Of a stretch of DNA of 32,000 bases, positions 18,951-30,773 are shown in pieces. A model generated the notes under the pieces. That model was not told the DNA's origin. It searched no databases and saw only the letters and a program-made list of their open reading frames with translations. Where the stretch lies: contig NZ_LT594522.1 of assembly GCF_900090215.1 (NCBI RefSeq), positions 180,001 through 212,000 of the forward strand. Reading direction: 5' to 3'. A program made the position numbers and the translations under genes. The DNA comes from a secondary endosymbiont of Trabutina mannipara (GTDB lineage Bacteria; Pseudomonadota; Gammaproteobacteria; Enterobacterales; Enterobacteriaceae). The stretch's first letter is position 1, and each line of letters begins with the position of its first letter.

Positions 18951-21026
18951 ATGACAACAAATAATTTTCCTACTTTCCTAGTAGAAATAGGCACAGAAGA
19001 ACTGCCTCCAAAGAGGCTGCGTAATTTAGCTGAAACTTTCGCTACAAAAATCAACAGTGAACTTGATATTAATGGTGTTTCTCATGGAGAAATAAGTTGG
19101 TTTGCAACGCCACGTAGAATTGCTGTTAAAGTAGCTGCTATGAATGAAACCCAAGAAGATAGTAATATAGAAAACTTAGGTCCAACAATTGCGCAAGCAT
19201 TTGACGCTAAAGGAAATCCTACTAAAGCAGCTTTAGGATGGGCGCGTGATTGTGGTATTACTATTAGCCAAGCTGAATATTTAGTAAATAAAAAAGGAAA
19301 ATGGTTAGTTTACAATTCAATAGTAAAAGGTAAGCCAGTACAAAATTTATTATGTGGTATAGTAAGCAACGCGCTAGAAAAATTAGCTATACTGAAAATA
19401 ATTAGATGGGTAGATAATAAATTTATTTGGCCGTTACGTACCGTAACGTTACTTTTAAATGATCTTATTATTTATGGTAATATACTTGGTATTAATGTAG
19501 ATAGAGTGGTACTGGGACACAGATTTATGGGAGAGCAAGAAATTTTTCTTGATCACGCAAACAATTATCCGCAAGTTCTGGTTACTAGAGGACGGGTCAT
19601 AGCTGACTATTTTCAGCGTAAAGAAACCATTCGCAGAGATGTAGAATTTGCTGCTAAAAAAATTGGTGGGGTAGCTGATTTAAGCGATCTTATGTTAGAA
19701 GAGGTTACTTCCTTAGTAGAATGGCCAGTGGTACTTACTGCACGATTTGAAGAAAAGTTCCTATCTGTGCCTGCCGAAGTGCTAGTTTGTACCATGAAAA
19801 AAGACCAAAAATATTTTCCAGTTTATGATTCAGTTAGAAATTTATTGCCGTATTTTATCTTTGTTGCAAATATTGAATCCAAAAATCCGCAGAAAATTAT
19901 TGCTGGTAATGAAAAAGTAGTTCGTTCACGTTTAGCAGATGCTGAATTTTTTTTTAATACTGATCTAAAACAGAGACTGGAAGATCGCCTTTCAGGTCTA
20001 AATTCAGTATTATTCCAAAAAAATCTGGGCACTATACGTGATAAAAGTGAACGGGTACAAGCTTTAGCAGCTTGGATAGCTGGTAATATTGGAGCCAATG
20101 TGCAACATGCAGCGCGAGCTGGTTTGTTATCTAAATGCGATCTAATTACTAATATGGTTTTTGAATTTACTGAAACACAAGGCGTAATGGGTATGCATTA
20201 CGCTCTACACGATAACGAACCAGAAGCCATAGCTTTGGCACAAAAAGAGCAATATCATCCTAGATTCTCCGGAGATGCTCTTCCTACAACACTGGTGTCT
20301 TGTGCAGTAGCTATCGCCGATAAAATGGATACGCTAACAGGAATTTTAGGTATTGGCCAATATCCTAGAGGAGATAAAGATCCATTTGCATTACGCCGTA
20401 TTGCTATTGGCGTGCTACGTATTATTGTAGAAAAAAAGTTATCTCTAGATCTGCAAACTATGACACTAAAAACGCGTAGTTTTTACGGAGATAAGTTAAA
20501 CAATGATTCGGTTGTAAATGATGTTATTGATTTTATGTTTAGTAGGTTTCGTACCTGGTATCAAGATCAGGGATATGATTTAAATATAATTCAGGCGGTG
20601 TTGGCAATTAGTCCTACATGCCCAGTAGATTTTGACGCTAGAGTACGTGCCGTGAGCTATTTCTGTAATTTTAAAGAATCTGCAACGTTAGCTGTCGTAC
20701 ACAAGAGAGTATCGAATATTTTAGCAAAATATGATAATAATACAGTATATGGTAGTATTAAAACATCAATTTTAAAAGATCCTGCAGAAATTAATTTAGC
20801 AACCTATTTGAATGTTATAAGCGAAAAATTACAACCATTGTTTGATACTAAACGCTATCAAGATGCGTTGATAGAGCTAGCGTCGCTAAGTGAGCATGTA
20901 ACTGCTTTTTTTGATAATGTTATGGTAATGACAGATGATTACCAGGTTAGAATTAACCGCCTAACTTTACTCTCACAACTTCATAAGTTGTTCTTGAAGA
21001 TAGCAGATATTTCTCTATTGCAATAG
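18951..21026 (+). CDS. glyS: glycyl-tRNA synthetase beta subunit
   Basis: 691 aa. [14 protein letters not shown], a typical GlyS N-terminus. It immediately follows glyQ. Confidence 0.95.
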   Translation: MTTNNFPTFLVEIGTEELPPKRLRNLAETFATKINSELDINGVSHGEISWFATPRRIAVKVAAMNETQEDSNIENLGPTIAQAFDAKGNPTKAALGWARDCGITISQAEYLVNKKGKWLVYNSIVKGKPVQNLLCGIVSNALEKLAILKIIRWVDNKFIWPLRTVTLLLNDLIIYGNILGINVDRVVLGHRFMGEQEIFLDHANNYPQVLVTRGRVIADYFQRKETIRRDVEFAAKKIGGVADLSDLMLEEVTSLVEWPVVLTARFEEKFLSVPAEVLVCTMKKDQKYFPVYDSVRNLLPYFIFVANIESKNPQKIIAGNEKVVRSRLADAEFFFNTDLKQRLEDRLSGLNSVLFQKNLGTIRDKSERVQALAAWIAGNIGANVQHAARAGLLSKCDLITNMVFEFTETQGVMGMHYALHDNEPEAIALAQKEQYHPRFSGDALPTTLVSCAVAIADKMDTLTGILGIGQYPRGDKDPFALRRIAIGVLRIIVEKKLSLDLQTMTLKTRSFYGDKLNNDSVVNDVIDFMFSRFRTWYQDQGYDLNIIQAVLAISPTCPVDFDARVRAVSYFCNFKESATLAVVHKRVSNILAKYDNNTVYGSIKTSILKDPAEINLATYLNVISEKLQPLFDTKRYQDALIELASLSEHVTAFFDNVMVMTDDYQVRINRLTLLSQLHKLFLKIADISLLQ

Positions 21027-21093
21027 CTTTGATATAATTTAAACATATCAATTTATCCTATATACAATTATACCATAAAATGGATTAATTAAA

Positions 21094-23661
21094 ATGTCTA
21101 TTTTTGATATTAAAGACAAAGATTTAGATTCATATACTCCAATGATGCAGCAGTACTTAAAGTTGAAGGCTCAGCACCCAGATGTTCTGCTATTTTATCG
21201 TATGGGAGACTTTTATGAGTTATTTTATGATGACGCTAAAAAAGCGTCGCAGTTAATGGATATTTCTCTTACTAAACGTGGTACTATTGCTGGTGAGCCT
21301 ATTCCTATGGCTGGAATCCCCTATCATGCAGTAGACAATTATCTTGCTAAGTTAGTATCTATGGGAGAATCTATAGCTATCTGTGAACAAATAGACAGTC
21401 ATTTAGCTACAAAAGTTCCAGTGGAACGGCGTGTAGTACGTATTGTTACTCCTGGTACTTTAAGCGAAGAATCGTTATTAAATGACCGTCAGGATAACCT
21501 TTTAGCTGCTATATGGCAGGATCAGCATAGATTTGGTTATGCTACCTTAGATATTACTTCAGGTCGTTTCTTAATATCAGAGCAAATAGATCGCGAAGTT
21601 ATGGCCGCAGAATTACAGCGTACTAATCCTGCAGAACTGCTATATCCTGAAAATTTTCAGGATATATCGCTAATTGAACACCGACGTGGTCTCCGCAGAC
21701 GTCAGTTGTGGGAGTTCGAACTAGATACTGCCCGCCAACAACTAACTATGCATTTTGGTACACATGATTTAACTTGTTTTGGTGTTGATCGAGCACATCT
21801 AGCTTTATGTGCCGCAGGTTGTCTACTACAATACACTAAAAATACCCAGTGCACATCGTCGTTACCCCATATTAATACAATCTCTCTAGAGAACAAGCAA
21901 GAAGGTATTCTAATGGATGCAACTACACAGCGTAATCTAGAGATTACACAGAATTTTAGCGGCGGTAGCAAAAATACATTAGCGGATGTTATAGACAGAA
22001 CAGTTACCCCAATGGGCAGTAGAATGCTGAAACGCTGGCTTCACATGCCAATACGTAATATTACTACAGTAAATTTTCGCCAAAAAATAATCCGTGTTCT
22101 ACATGATCAGGTATCATATTTACAGCCGCTACTGCGGCAAATTGGAGATCTTGAGAGAATTTTAGCGCGGTTAGCGTTACGTTCGGCGAGGCCTCGTGAT
22201 TTATCACGTATGCGTTCTGCTTTTGCGCAGATTCCGTCTATCAAGAAGCTGCTTATAAATAAAGATCTAGATTTAATCCAATTACTTAACCGTATTGGTG
22301 ACTTTGAAAAAATACGTTATTTGCTGTCACAATCCATTATCGAGTCGCCTCCTATGTTAGTGCGTGATGGCGGCGTTATCGCTCCTGGTTATAATGCAGA
22401 ACTAGATGAATTGCGCGGTCTTGCAACTGGCGCAACCGATTATCTATACCGGCTAGAATTGAGCGAGCGTGAGAAAACTGGAATATATAATCTAAAAATT
22501 GGTTTTAATACCGTACACGGTTATTTTATTCAGCTAAGTCGTAACCAAAGCCATCTAGTGCCAATTCACTATGTTCGTCGTCAAACACTAAAAAACGCAG
22601 AACGTTATATTATTCCTGAATTAAAAAAATTCGAAGATAAAGTATTGACTGCAAAAAGCAAGGCTCTAACCTTAGAAAAAGTTCTGTACGATGAACTATT
22701 TGACTTGCTATTACCTAATTTAGCAATGATGCAGCAAAGCGCTGAGGCACTAGCAGAGTTAGATGTTTTATGTAACCTAGCTGAGCGTGCTGAAACTTTG
22801 AATTATGTTTGTCCTACTTTAGAAGCTAGATCTGGTATATATATCAAAGGAGGCCGCCATCCAGTAGTAGAGCATCTTTTAAAAGAACCATTTATCGCTA
22901 ATAAGTTAATGTTGTCTGATAAACAATGTATGCTTATTATTACAGGACCTAATATGGGTGGTAAGAGCACTTATATGCGCCAAAATGCTTTAATTGTGCT
23001 ATTAGCATATATTGGGAGCTTTGTACCAGCTGAATGTGCAATTATAGGACCTGTAGATCGTATATTTACCCGCATAGGTGCAGCTGATGATTTAGCTTCA
23101 GGTCGTTCTACATTCATGGTAGAAATGACAGAAATTGCAAATATACTGCACAATGCAACACATCATAGTTTAGTATTAATAGATGAAATCGGCCGTGGTA
23201 CTTCTACTTATGATGGGCTTGCGATAGCTTGGGCTTGTGCAGAAAATTTTGCTAGCTGCATAAAATCAATGACTTTGTTTGCCACGCACTACTTTGAATT
23301 AACTACTATACCTGATAAAATGGATGGTGTAGTTAACGTGCATCTAGACGCTGTAGAGCATGGCGATACAATTGCATTTATGCACAATGTGCAAAATGGG
23401 GCCGCTAACAAAAGTTACGGACTTTCAGTAGCAGAGTTAGCTGGAATACCGCGAAAAATAATTAAACGCGCACGTAAAAAATTACATGAATTAGAAATAA
23501 TTTCTAGAGAAAAAAAATTTAAAAACATAGACTACTTGCAATTTAAGCAGGAAGATCAGAAGATACCACTATTAGTTAAAAAATTGAAAAATTTAAAACT
23601 AGATAAAATTTCACCACTTCAAGCACTTGAAGTATTGTACAAAATTAAGAAAATATTGTAA
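21094..23661 (+). CDS. mutS: DNA mismatch repair protein MutS
   Basis: 855 aa, full length. [30 protein letters not shown] (mismatch-binding Phe-x-Glu present), Walker [22 protein letters not shown]. Confidence 0.96.
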   Translation: MSIFDIKDKDLDSYTPMMQQYLKLKAQHPDVLLFYRMGDFYELFYDDAKKASQLMDISLTKRGTIAGEPIPMAGIPYHAVDNYLAKLVSMGESIAICEQIDSHLATKVPVERRVVRIVTPGTLSEESLLNDRQDNLLAAIWQDQHRFGYATLDITSGRFLISEQIDREVMAAELQRTNPAELLYPENFQDISLIEHRRGLRRRQLWEFELDTARQQLTMHFGTHDLTCFGVDRAHLALCAAGCLLQYTKNTQCTSSLPHINTISLENKQEGILMDATTQRNLEITQNFSGGSKNTLADVIDRTVTPMGSRMLKRWLHMPIRNITTVNFRQKIIRVLHDQVSYLQPLLRQIGDLERILARLALRSARPRDLSRMRSAFAQIPSIKKLLINKDLDLIQLLNRIGDFEKIRYLLSQSIIESPPMLVRDGGVIAPGYNAELDELRGLATGATDYLYRLELSEREKTGIYNLKIGFNTVHGYFIQLSRNQSHLVPIHYVRRQTLKNAERYIIPELKKFEDKVLTAKSKALTLEKVLYDELFDLLLPNLAMMQQSAEALAELDVLCNLAERAETLNYVCPTLEARSGIYIKGGRHPVVEHLLKEPFIANKLMLSDKQCMLIITGPNMGGKSTYMRQNALIVLLAYIGSFVPAECAIIGPVDRIFTRIGAADDLASGRSTFMVEMTEIANILHNATHHSLVLIDEIGRGTSTYDGLAIAWACAENFASCIKSMTLFATHYFELTTIPDKMDGVVNVHLDAVEHGDTIAFMHNVQNGAANKSYGLSVAELAGIPRKIIKRARKKLHELEIISREKKFKNIDYLQFKQEDQKIPLLVKKLKNLKLDKISPLQALEVLYKIKKIL

Positions 23662-23790
23662 ATATGCGCTTTTTAGTGTTTGAAGTACATGCATAAACAA
23701 AAGTTGTGTTTTTGGGGAATATTTTTTACAGTTTAAGTTTAAGTTGTAGGTAACTTCAATTTACTTGGTTTTATCCAAAATTAAGCATTT

Positions 23791-26124
23791 TCAGAAAGTA
23801 TTATTTTGTAGCGCCATATGAAGAACTTCATCAATGTGCTGTACTGGATGAATATGTAAGTCTTTTATTACGTTAGTCGGCATTTCTTCTAGGTCTCGCT
23901 TATTTTCAAAAGGTATAATTACTGTTTTTATACCTCCTCGGTGCGCTGCAAGTAATTTTTCCTTTAATCCACCGATAGGAAGTACCTGTCCCCGTAGGGT
24001 AATTTCCCCGGTCATTGCTATGTTTGCTTTAACATAATTTCCACTTAAACATGATACCATCGCAGTACATATTGCTATCCCAGCACTAGGACCATCTTTA
24101 GGCGTAGCTCCTTCAGGGACATGTACATGTATATCGTTTTTTTCATAAAAATTATTACTAATGCCAATTTTTTCAGCACGAGCACGTACTACAGTCATTG
24201 CTGTTTGAATAGACTCTTGCATTACTTCTCCAAGTGAACCTGTATATATTAATTTGCCCTTACCTGGAACGCATGCGGTTTCAATAATCAACAGATCACC
24301 GCCAACTTCAGTCCACGCAAGACCAGTAACTTGACCAATAATATTTTTTTCTTCCGCGCGACCATAATCAAATCGTTGAACACCCAAAAAATTTTTCAGG
24401 TTATCAGCACTGATAACCATATTTTTTATGTTATTATTCATTAGTAGGTTTTTTACTGTTTTGCGGCAAATTTTAGATATTTCTCTCTCTAAGCTACGAA
24501 CTCCTGATTCACGAGTGTAATAACGAATTATCCCCAATATAGCACTTTCTTCTATTTTAAGTTCGCTTTTTTTTAAAGCATTACGTTTTAGTTGCTTAGA
24601 TAACAGATGCTGTTGAGCAATATTAAGTTTTTCTTCTTCAGTATATCCAGAAAGACGTATAACCTCCATCCTATCTAAGAGAGGCGCTGGAATATTCATT
24701 GTATTTGAAGTAGCAACAAACATTACATCAGAAAGATCATAGTTTACTTCTAAGTAATGGTCGTTGAATGTTACGTTTTGTTCCGGATCTAATACTTCAA
24801 GTAATGCTGATGCCGGATCACCACGTATATCTGAAGACATCTTATCTATTTCGTCAAGCAAAAATAGTGGATTTTTTACTCCAACTTTAGAAAGTTTTTG
24901 AATTAATTTACCAGGCATGGAGCCAATATAAGTACGTCGATGCCCGCGTATTTCAGCCTCATCGCGTACACCACCTAAAGCCATCCGAATATACTTACGA
25001 CCTGTAGCTTTAGCAATAGACTGACCTAACGATGTTTTTCCTACTCCAGGAGGACCTAATAAGCAAAGAATAGGTCCTTTAATTTTACTTATCCTGCTTT
25101 GTACTGCAAGATATTCCAAAATACGTTCTTTAACTTTTTCCAGTCCATAATGATCTCGATCGAGAGTTTCTTGCGCTTTAATAAGGTTTTTTTTAACTTT
25201 GCTGCGCAAATTCCAAGGGACCGATAGCATCCAATCTATGTAGCCCCGCACTACTGTTGCTTCTGCAGACATAGGTGACATCATTTTTAATTTCTGAAGT
25301 TCTGCTTCGGTCTTTTCACGGGCTTCATTTGGCATTTTTGCAGCATCTATCTTACGCTTAAAAACTTCATTTTCATCTGGAGTATCATCAAGATCGCCTA
25401 ATTCTTTCTGAATTGCTTTTATTTGTTCATTTAGATAGTATTCTTTTTGACTTTTTTCCATCTGTTTTTTAACACGATGGCGGATACGTTTCTCTACCTG
25501 TAGCAGATCAATTTCTGACTCCATCATCGCTATCAAGTATTCTAACCGCTCTGTTACAGAGGCCATTTCAAGCACTGATTGTTTGTCAGTTAGCTTTAGT
25601 GGTATATGAGCAGCGATAGTATCTGCTAAACGTACAGCATCATCAATATTCTTTAATGATGTTAAAATTTCTGTAGAAATTTTCTTATTTAGGCTAATAT
25701 ATACTTCAAAATGATTAATAGCTGTACGTATCAGTAATTTTCGTTCGTTCTCATTATTTAGTTCTGGAGCTTCAAAATAATCTACATCAGCGGTAAAATA
25801 ATCACCACGATCAGCCCAAGATTTAATACGTGCACGAGATAAACCTTCTACTAGCAATTTTACTGTACCGTCTGCTAGTTTTAGTATTTGCAAAATTGAA
25901 GATACAGTTCCTACTGAAAAAAGATCATCAATACAAGGTTCATCAGTTGACGCTTTTTTTTGAGCTACTAGCATGATTTTTTTATCACTACCTACGGCTG
26001 CTTCAAGACAACGAATAGATTTTTCCCTACCTACAAACAACGGAATTACCATATATGGATATACTACAACATCGCGTAGAGGCAATACTGGAATTTTTAT
26101 ACGCTCAGAACATTCGGCATTCAT
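23791..26124 (-). CDS. lon: ATP-dependent Lon protease
   Basis: From the ATG at 26124, [23 protein letters not shown] aligns with the E. coli Lon start [23 protein letters not shown]. The ORF track extends 10 codons further, to 26154. Walker [10 protein letters not shown]; catalytic PKDGPSAG and ...GGLKEK. Confidence 0.96.
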   Translation of the reverse strand: MNAECSERIKIPVLPLRDVVVYPYMVIPLFVGREKSIRCLEAAVGSDKKIMLVAQKKASTDEPCIDDLFSVGTVSSILQILKLADGTVKLLVEGLSRARIKSWADRGDYFTADVDYFEAPELNNENERKLLIRTAINHFEVYISLNKKISTEILTSLKNIDDAVRLADTIAAHIPLKLTDKQSVLEMASVTERLEYLIAMMESEIDLLQVEKRIRHRVKKQMEKSQKEYYLNEQIKAIQKELGDLDDTPDENEVFKRKIDAAKMPNEAREKTEAELQKLKMMSPMSAEATVVRGYIDWMLSVPWNLRSKVKKNLIKAQETLDRDHYGLEKVKERILEYLAVQSRISKIKGPILCLLGPPGVGKTSLGQSIAKATGRKYIRMALGGVRDEAEIRGHRRTYIGSMPGKLIQKLSKVGVKNPLFLLDEIDKMSSDIRGDPASALLEVLDPEQNVTFNDHYLEVNYDLSDVMFVATSNTMNIPAPLLDRMEVIRLSGYTEEEKLNIAQQHLLSKQLKRNALKKSELKIEESAILGIIRYYTRESGVRSLEREISKICRKTVKNLLMNNNIKNMVISADNLKNFLGVQRFDYGRAEEKNIIGQVTGLAWTEVGGDLLIIETACVPGKGKLIYTGSLGEVMQESIQTAMTVVRARAEKIGISNNFYEKNDIHVHVPEGATPKDGPSAGIAICTAMVSCLSGNYVKANIAMTGEITLRGQVLPIGGLKEKLLAAHRGGIKTVIIPFENKRDLEEMPTNVIKDLHIHPVQHIDEVLHMALQNNTF

Positions 26125-26213
26125 ATAGCTCTCTCTTAGTTTAGCTGACGCCATCTATAAATAGTAAATAGATAGGGGAATGGTAACAAAAAACCAAAAT
26201 ACCATATTATGTA

Positions 26214-26241
26214 ATATAGTATCAAATAGCTTATATTCAAC
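26214..26241 (-). promoter_or_regulatory. putative sigma-32 promoter of lon
   Basis: The minus strand reads GTTGAAT (26241-26235), 13-nt spacer, TACTATAT (26221-26214). The octamer is the same -10-like sequence seen upstream of ibpA. It lies about 90 nt upstream of the lon ATG. Confidence 0.45.
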
Positions 26242-26288
26242 ATGAAAAAAAAGAATAAAATTTATGTAAAATGCTGTTTAATATGCAG

Positions 26289-27557
26289 TTAATTACCTGA
26301 TTTCTGCTGTTCTTTTCTGCGATTACCATAGATAAACAACGGATCTGACTTACCAGCAATAACTGATTCATCAATTATAACTTTATCTATGTTATTTTTT
26401 GAAGGAAGTTCATACATTGTTTCTAGAAGAACATTTTCAATAATAGAACGCAGACCACGTGCTCCAGTTTTACGTTTCATAGCTTTTTTAGCAATAGCTG
26501 TAATAGCTTCTTCGTTAAATTCAAGCTCAACCCCTTCAATGTTAAATAATGCCTGATATTGTTTAGTAAGAGCGTTCTTAGGTTTTTGCAAAATTTGAAT
26601 TAGTGCTTCTTCACTTAATTCATTTAACGTTGTTACAACAGGTAATCTTCCAATAAATTCTGGAATGAGACCGAACTTTATCAGATCTTCTGGTTCTACT
26701 TGAGCTAACAGTCTGCTTTCATTATTTTTTTCTGAATTTCCTTTAATGTAAGCGCTAAAACCTATTCCTCTAGTTCCAGTTCTATGCTCTATTACTTTAT
26801 TTAGACCAGCAAAAGCACCACCGCAGATAAACAAAATTTTAGAGGTATCTACTCTAATAAATTCTTGCTGAGGATGCTTTCTTCCCCCTTGCGGGGGAAC
26901 GGCAGCAATGGTGCCTTCTATAAGTTTTAGAAGTGCCTGCTGAACTCCTTCACCTGATACGTCACGGGTAATGGAAGGGTTATCAGATTTACGGGTAATT
27001 TTATCAATCTCATCGATATATACGATACCATACTGTGCTTTTTGTACATCATAATTACATTTTTGTAGTAGTTTTTGGATAATATTCTCCACATCCTCAC
27101 CTACATATCCGGCTTCTGTTAGTGTAGTTGCATCGGCAATAATAAAAGGAACATCTAAAAAACGTGCCATAGTTTCTGCTAGTAAGGTCTTACCGCTACC
27201 TGTAGGTCCAATCAATAATATATTACTTTTACCAATTTCAATTGGATTATTAATATTGTAATGTCGTAAACGCTTATAATGGTTATATACAGCTACTGAG
27301 AGTACTTTTTGAGCTTTATCCTGACCGATAACATAATCATTTAAATATTTATTGATTTCATGGGGCGTGGGCAATACTCGTAGTTCACTACGAGTAATTT
27401 CTATATCTTCGCTGATAATATTGTTGCATAAATAAACACATTCATCGCATATATACACGGACTTTCCTGCTATTAGTTTCTGCACCTCAGACTGGTTTTT
27501 ACTGCAGAAAGAGCAATATAGCAACTTTTCTGAACAGTTTTTGCTTTTATCTGTCAT
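26289..27557 (-). CDS. clpX: ATP-dependent Clp protease ATP-binding subunit ClpX
   Basis: 422 aa. N-terminal zinc finger CSFC...CDEC, Walker [18 protein letters not shown]. Confidence 0.97.
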   Translation of the reverse strand: MTDKSKNCSEKLLYCSFCSKNQSEVQKLIAGKSVYICDECVYLCNNIISEDIEITRSELRVLPTPHEINKYLNDYVIGQDKAQKVLSVAVYNHYKRLRHYNINNPIEIGKSNILLIGPTGSGKTLLAETMARFLDVPFIIADATTLTEAGYVGEDVENIIQKLLQKCNYDVQKAQYGIVYIDEIDKITRKSDNPSITRDVSGEGVQQALLKLIEGTIAAVPPQGGRKHPQQEFIRVDTSKILFICGGAFAGLNKVIEHRTGTRGIGFSAYIKGNSEKNNESRLLAQVEPEDLIKFGLIPEFIGRLPVVTTLNELSEEALIQILQKPKNALTKQYQALFNIEGVELEFNEEAITAIAKKAMKRKTGARGLRSIIENVLLETMYELPSKNNIDKVIIDESVIAGKSDPLFIYGNRRKEQQKSGN

Positions 27558-27617
27558 CAGTAAAGTAAACCTCTTTTTTTTGTTTTTGAAGTACGTACTA
27601 AAATTATATTTTTAAAA

Positions 27618-28220
27618 TTATAATCGCTGGCTTAAAACAAAATCTACTAATCCATAGTCTACTGCCTCAGAGGCAGAAAGAAAACGATCACGTTCAGTAT
27701 CTCTCTCTATTACTTCGATAGACTGACCTGTATGTTTTGCCATTAATTTGTTTATTCGTTCCTTGATATATAGAATTTCTCTAGCATGAATTTTAATATC
27801 AGTAGCTTGTCCATAGAATCCTCCTAAAGGTTGATGAATCATTATCCGTGAATTAGGTAAACAGAAACGCTTACCTTTTGCACCAGCCGTTAAAAGAAAA
27901 GCACTTATAGAAGCTGTTTGTCCCATACTCAAAGTACTAACATCAGGCTTTATAAATTGCATAGTATCATAAATTGACATACCTGCTGTAATAACACCAC
28001 CTGGTGAATTAATATAAAGATAAATATCTTTTTCAGGATTTTCAGCTTCTAAAAACATCATCTGTGCAATGATTAAATTTGCCATATAATCTTCAATTTT
28101 TCCTGTCATGAATATAATACGTTCTTTTAAGAGGCGAGAAAAAATATCGTATGAACGCTCTTCTCTTGAATTCTGTTCGACTACCATAGGTACTAATGCC
28201 ATAAAATTTTTAATGAACAT
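27618..28220 (-). CDS. clpP: ATP-dependent Clp protease proteolytic subunit ClpP
   Basis: 200 aa. [30 protein letters not shown]. Catalytic Ser (GQTAS), His (MIHQPLGG) and Asp (ERDRF) contexts are present. A short 7-aa propeptide precedes ALVPMV. GAGG SD upstream of the ATG at 28220. Confidence 0.95.
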   Translation of the reverse strand: MFIKNFMALVPMVVEQNSREERSYDIFSRLLKERIIFMTGKIEDYMANLIIAQMMFLEAENPEKDIYLYINSPGGVITAGMSIYDTMQFIKPDVSTLSMGQTASISAFLLTAGAKGKRFCLPNSRIMIHQPLGGFYGQATDIKIHAREILYIKERINKLMAKHTGQSIEVIERDTERDRFLSASEAVDYGLVDFVLSQRL

Positions 28221-28248
28221 ATTTTACCTCAAAAAGTTAAAGTACTTT

Positions 28249-28278
28249 CCTAGCTAACTAGGATCCTAGGGATCTAGG
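28249..28278. promoter_or_regulatory. 30-bp CTAG-rich imperfect palindrome in the clpP leader
   Basis: CCTAG-CTAA-CTAGGATCCTAG-GGAT-CTAGG has a perfect 12-bp central palindrome plus complementary outer 5-mers. CTAG occurs 4 times at 8-9 nt spacing. It starts 29 nt upstream of the clpP ATG. Confidence 0.3.
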
Positions 28279-28294
28279 TTTTGTATTTAAATTT

Positions 28295-28312
28295 GGTATT
28301 TACGGTATTTAC
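28295..28312. repeat. perfect tandem duplication, 9 nt x2 (GGTATTTAC)
   Basis: Read directly. It lies in the clpP upstream spacer. Confidence 0.85.
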
Positions 28313-28391
28313 AGCGTAACTATTTACCCTATACCGAAATGCGTACCTTGGTAACCATCTATACGGTATATGGCAGCAAAATGAACAGTAT

Positions 28392-28464
28392 TGCCGATAA
28401 TAGGAGTTGAACCTATGACCTTCGCATTACGAATGCGTTGCTCTTCCAACTGAGCTATATCGGC
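28392..28464 (-). tRNA. thrW: tRNA-Thr (anticodon CGU)
   Basis: The reverse complement GCCGATATAGCTCAGTTGGAAGAGCAACGCATTCGTAATGCGAAGGTCATAGGTTCAACTCCTATTATCGGCA is nearly identical to E. coli thrW. All stems pair and the anticodon loop is TTCGTAA. No CCA is encoded (trailer ATA). Confidence 0.93.
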
Positions 28465-28560
28465 ATTTTAAAATAAATTAAATATAAATAAATAAATTAA
28501 ATAAATTTTCAAAAAAAGTCAATCAAGAAAGTACTATTATTACCTTTGATGCACCTTCCA

Positions 28561-28588
28561 CTTGATGCATAAAATCATGACCTTTCTA
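28561..28588 (+). promoter_or_regulatory. putative sigma-32 promoter (dnaK P1-like)
   Basis: CTTGATG-N13-CCTTTCTA. E. coli dnaK P1 is CTTGATG-N13-CCCCATTT, so the -35 and spacer length are identical and the -10 is degraded. Confidence 0.4.
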
Positions 28589-28650
28589 GGCGTCATACTT
28601 TGCGCTTTGCGTCCTACGTTGTTAAAATTTAAATAATAGGTTAGCAAAAA

Positions 28651-28679
28651 CTTGAAAAGTTTATTTTAGGACGCATATC
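28651..28679 (+). promoter_or_regulatory. putative sigma-32 promoter (dnaK P2-like)
   Basis: CTTGAAA (28651-28657), 13-14 nt spacer, ACGCATAT(C) (28671-28679). E. coli dnaK P2 is TTGAAA...CCCCTATT. It lies about 60 nt upstream of the dnaK ATG. Confidence 0.55.
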
Positions 28680-28735
28680 AGATTTTATAACCACAACGAA
28701 ATTAAAAAAATTAAACTTTTAGTGGAGATGTTTAG

Positions 28736-30655
28736 ATGGGAAAAATTATTGGTATCGACTTAGGTACAACCAACTCCTGTATTGCTATTATTGAAGGCAA
28801 TAAACCTCGTGTACTTGAAAATAGCGAAGGAGATCGTACTACTCCTTCTATCATTGCCTATACTCAGGATGGTAAGATCCTAGTTGGTCAACCTGCTAAA
28901 CGTCAGTCAATCACTAACCCTAAGAATACATTGTTTGCTATAAAACGTCTAATTGGCCGTCGTTTTCAGGATAATGAAGTACAACGAGATGTAAATATTA
29001 TGCCTTATAAAATAATAGCAGCAGATAATGGTGATGCTTGGATAGAAGTTAAAGATCAAAAAATAGCACCTCAGCAAATTTCTGCAGAGATTTTAAAAAA
29101 AATGAAAAAAACTGTAGAAGATTATTTGGGAGAATCTGTTACAGAAGCGGTTATTACTGTACCTGCTTATTTTAATGATGCACAAAGACAAGCAACTAAA
29201 GATGCAGGACGTATCGCTGGATTGGACGTTAAACGTATTATCAATGAGCCTACTGCAGCTGCTTTGGCATATGGTCTTGACAAAGAAACTAGCAACAGAA
29301 CTATTGCAGTTTATGATTTAGGAGGCGGAACTTTTGATATTTCAATTATTGAAGTAGATGATGTTGATGGTGAAAAAACATTTGAAGTACTTTCTACTAA
29401 TGGAGACACCCATTTAGGGGGTGAAGATTTCGATAGTCGTTTAATTAACTATTTAGTAGATGAATTTAAAAAAGATCATGGTATTGATTTACGCAATGAT
29501 CCTTTGGCAATGCAGCGTTTAAAAGAAGCTGCTGAAAAAGCTAAAATAGAATTATCATCTTCGCAACAAACTGATGTTAATTTACCATACATCACAGCAG
29601 ATAATTTTGGTCCTAAACATATGAATTTAAAAGTAACTCGTGCTAAATTAGAGTTACTAGTAGAAGAATTAGTTAATCGTACTCTTGAACCTTTAAAATT
29701 AGCTTTAAAGGATACTGGTCTATCGGTATCTGATATTAAAGATGTTATTTTAGTTGGTGGACAAACTCGTATGCCCCTAGTTCAGAGAAAAGTTACTGAA
29801 TTTTTTGGTAAAGAACCACGAAAAGATGTTAATCCAGATGAAGCTGTAGCAATCGGTGCTGCAATTCAGGGTGGTGTGCTTGCTGGAGATGTTAAGGATG
29901 TATTGCTACTAGATGTTACCCCTTTATCGTTAGGTATCGAAACTATGGGTGGCATTATGACCCAGCTAATTTCCAAGAATACTACTATACCTACCAAGCA
30001 CAGTCAGGTCTTCTCTACTGCAGAAGACAATCAATCAGCGGTAACTATACATGTATTACAGGGTGAACGTAAACGTGCAGTAGATAATAAATCTTTAGGT
30101 CAATTTAATTTAGATGGAATTGCTCCTGCAATGCGCGGTACTCCACAAATTGAAGTCACATTTGATATCGATGCTGATGGTATTCTTCACGTATCTGCTA
30201 AAGATAAAAATAGTGGTCGTGAGCAAAAAATTACCATTAAGGCATCCTCAGGTTTAAAAGAGGAAGAAATTCAAAAGATGGTACAAGAAGCAGAAGCAAA
30301 TGCAGAATCTGATCGTAAATTTGAAGAATTAGTGCAAATTCGTAATCAAGCAGATCATTTGCTACACAGTACTCGTAAACAGTTAAAAGAATATGGTGCT
30401 AAACTCTTAGAAAATGATAAATTAGCTATTGAGGAAGCATTAAAAAATTTAGATACTTCGCTGAAAGGTGAAGTAAAATCTGATATTGAAAATAAAATAC
30501 AGCTTTTAATAAAAGTATCTAGCAAATTGATAGAAGTAGCTCAACATCAAAAAAATGAGAAAGATGAAGTTAAAGAAAGCGGGGATAACAATAACGCTAA
30601 AACAGAAAATGAAGTTGTTGATGCTGAGTTTGAAGAAGTTAAAGATAAAAAATAA
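28736..30655 (+). CDS. dnaK: chaperone DnaK (Hsp70)
   Basis: 639 aa. [15 protein letters not shown]... The leader AGTGGAGATGTTTAGATG resembles the E. coli dnaK leader. Confidence 0.98.
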   Translation: MGKIIGIDLGTTNSCIAIIEGNKPRVLENSEGDRTTPSIIAYTQDGKILVGQPAKRQSITNPKNTLFAIKRLIGRRFQDNEVQRDVNIMPYKIIAADNGDAWIEVKDQKIAPQQISAEILKKMKKTVEDYLGESVTEAVITVPAYFNDAQRQATKDAGRIAGLDVKRIINEPTAAALAYGLDKETSNRTIAVYDLGGGTFDISIIEVDDVDGEKTFEVLSTNGDTHLGGEDFDSRLINYLVDEFKKDHGIDLRNDPLAMQRLKEAAEKAKIELSSSQQTDVNLPYITADNFGPKHMNLKVTRAKLELLVEELVNRTLEPLKLALKDTGLSVSDIKDVILVGGQTRMPLVQRKVTEFFGKEPRKDVNPDEAVAIGAAIQGGVLAGDVKDVLLLDVTPLSLGIETMGGIMTQLISKNTTIPTKHSQVFSTAEDNQSAVTIHVLQGERKRAVDNKSLGQFNLDGIAPAMRGTPQIEVTFDIDADGILHVSAKDKNSGREQKITIKASSGLKEEEIQKMVQEAEANAESDRKFEELVQIRNQADHLLHSTRKQLKEYGAKLLENDKLAIEEALKNLDTSLKGEVKSDIENKIQLLIKVSSKLIEVAQHQKNEKDEVKESGDNNNAKTENEVVDAEFEEVKDKK

Positions 30656-30712
30656 TAGTAGAGTGGTGCATAGCGGCGCTTAATAACCGCATAATATATT
30701 ATAGATAAACAG

Positions 30713-30744
30713 GCACGGGCGTTGAGGTAACTCTGCGCCCGTGT
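30713..30744 (+). terminator. GC-rich hairpin in the dnaK-dnaJ spacer (attenuator or partial terminator)
   Basis: GCACGGGCG (30713-30721) pairs with CGCCCGTGT (30736-30744), with a 14-nt loop, followed by AATTATTTT. It is conspicuously GC-rich in an AT-rich spacer. Confidence 0.5.
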
Positions 30745-30773
30745 AATTATTTTGATGGCAGGAAGATACGACA

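Noticed and set aside
18106-23153. Short ORFs 18106..18300(-), 19613..19795(-), 19823..20098(-), 21702..21971(-) and 22971..23153(-)
   Set aside because: They are antisense shadows within glyQ, glyS and mutS.
28465-28510. AT-only low-complexity run (AAAT/AAATT-type) after thrW
   Set aside because: It is simple-sequence drift in an AT-rich spacer with no defined repeat unit or structure.
28392-28735. Possibility of an integrated element at thrW (a known phage/island attachment tRNA in E. coli)
   Set aside because: No integrase, no direct repeat of the tRNA 3' end and no foreign ORFs are present. The tRNA is flanked only by short AT-rich spacers and by dnaK.
30684-30712. dif-like sequence (AACCGCATAATATATTATAGATAAAC) in the dnaK-dnaJ spacer
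   Set aside because: Only the CGCATAA part of the XerC arm matches the gammaproteobacterial dif consensus (GGTGCGCATAA-TGTATA-TTATGTTAAAT). The XerD arm matches at about half its positions, and a location inside an operon is implausible.
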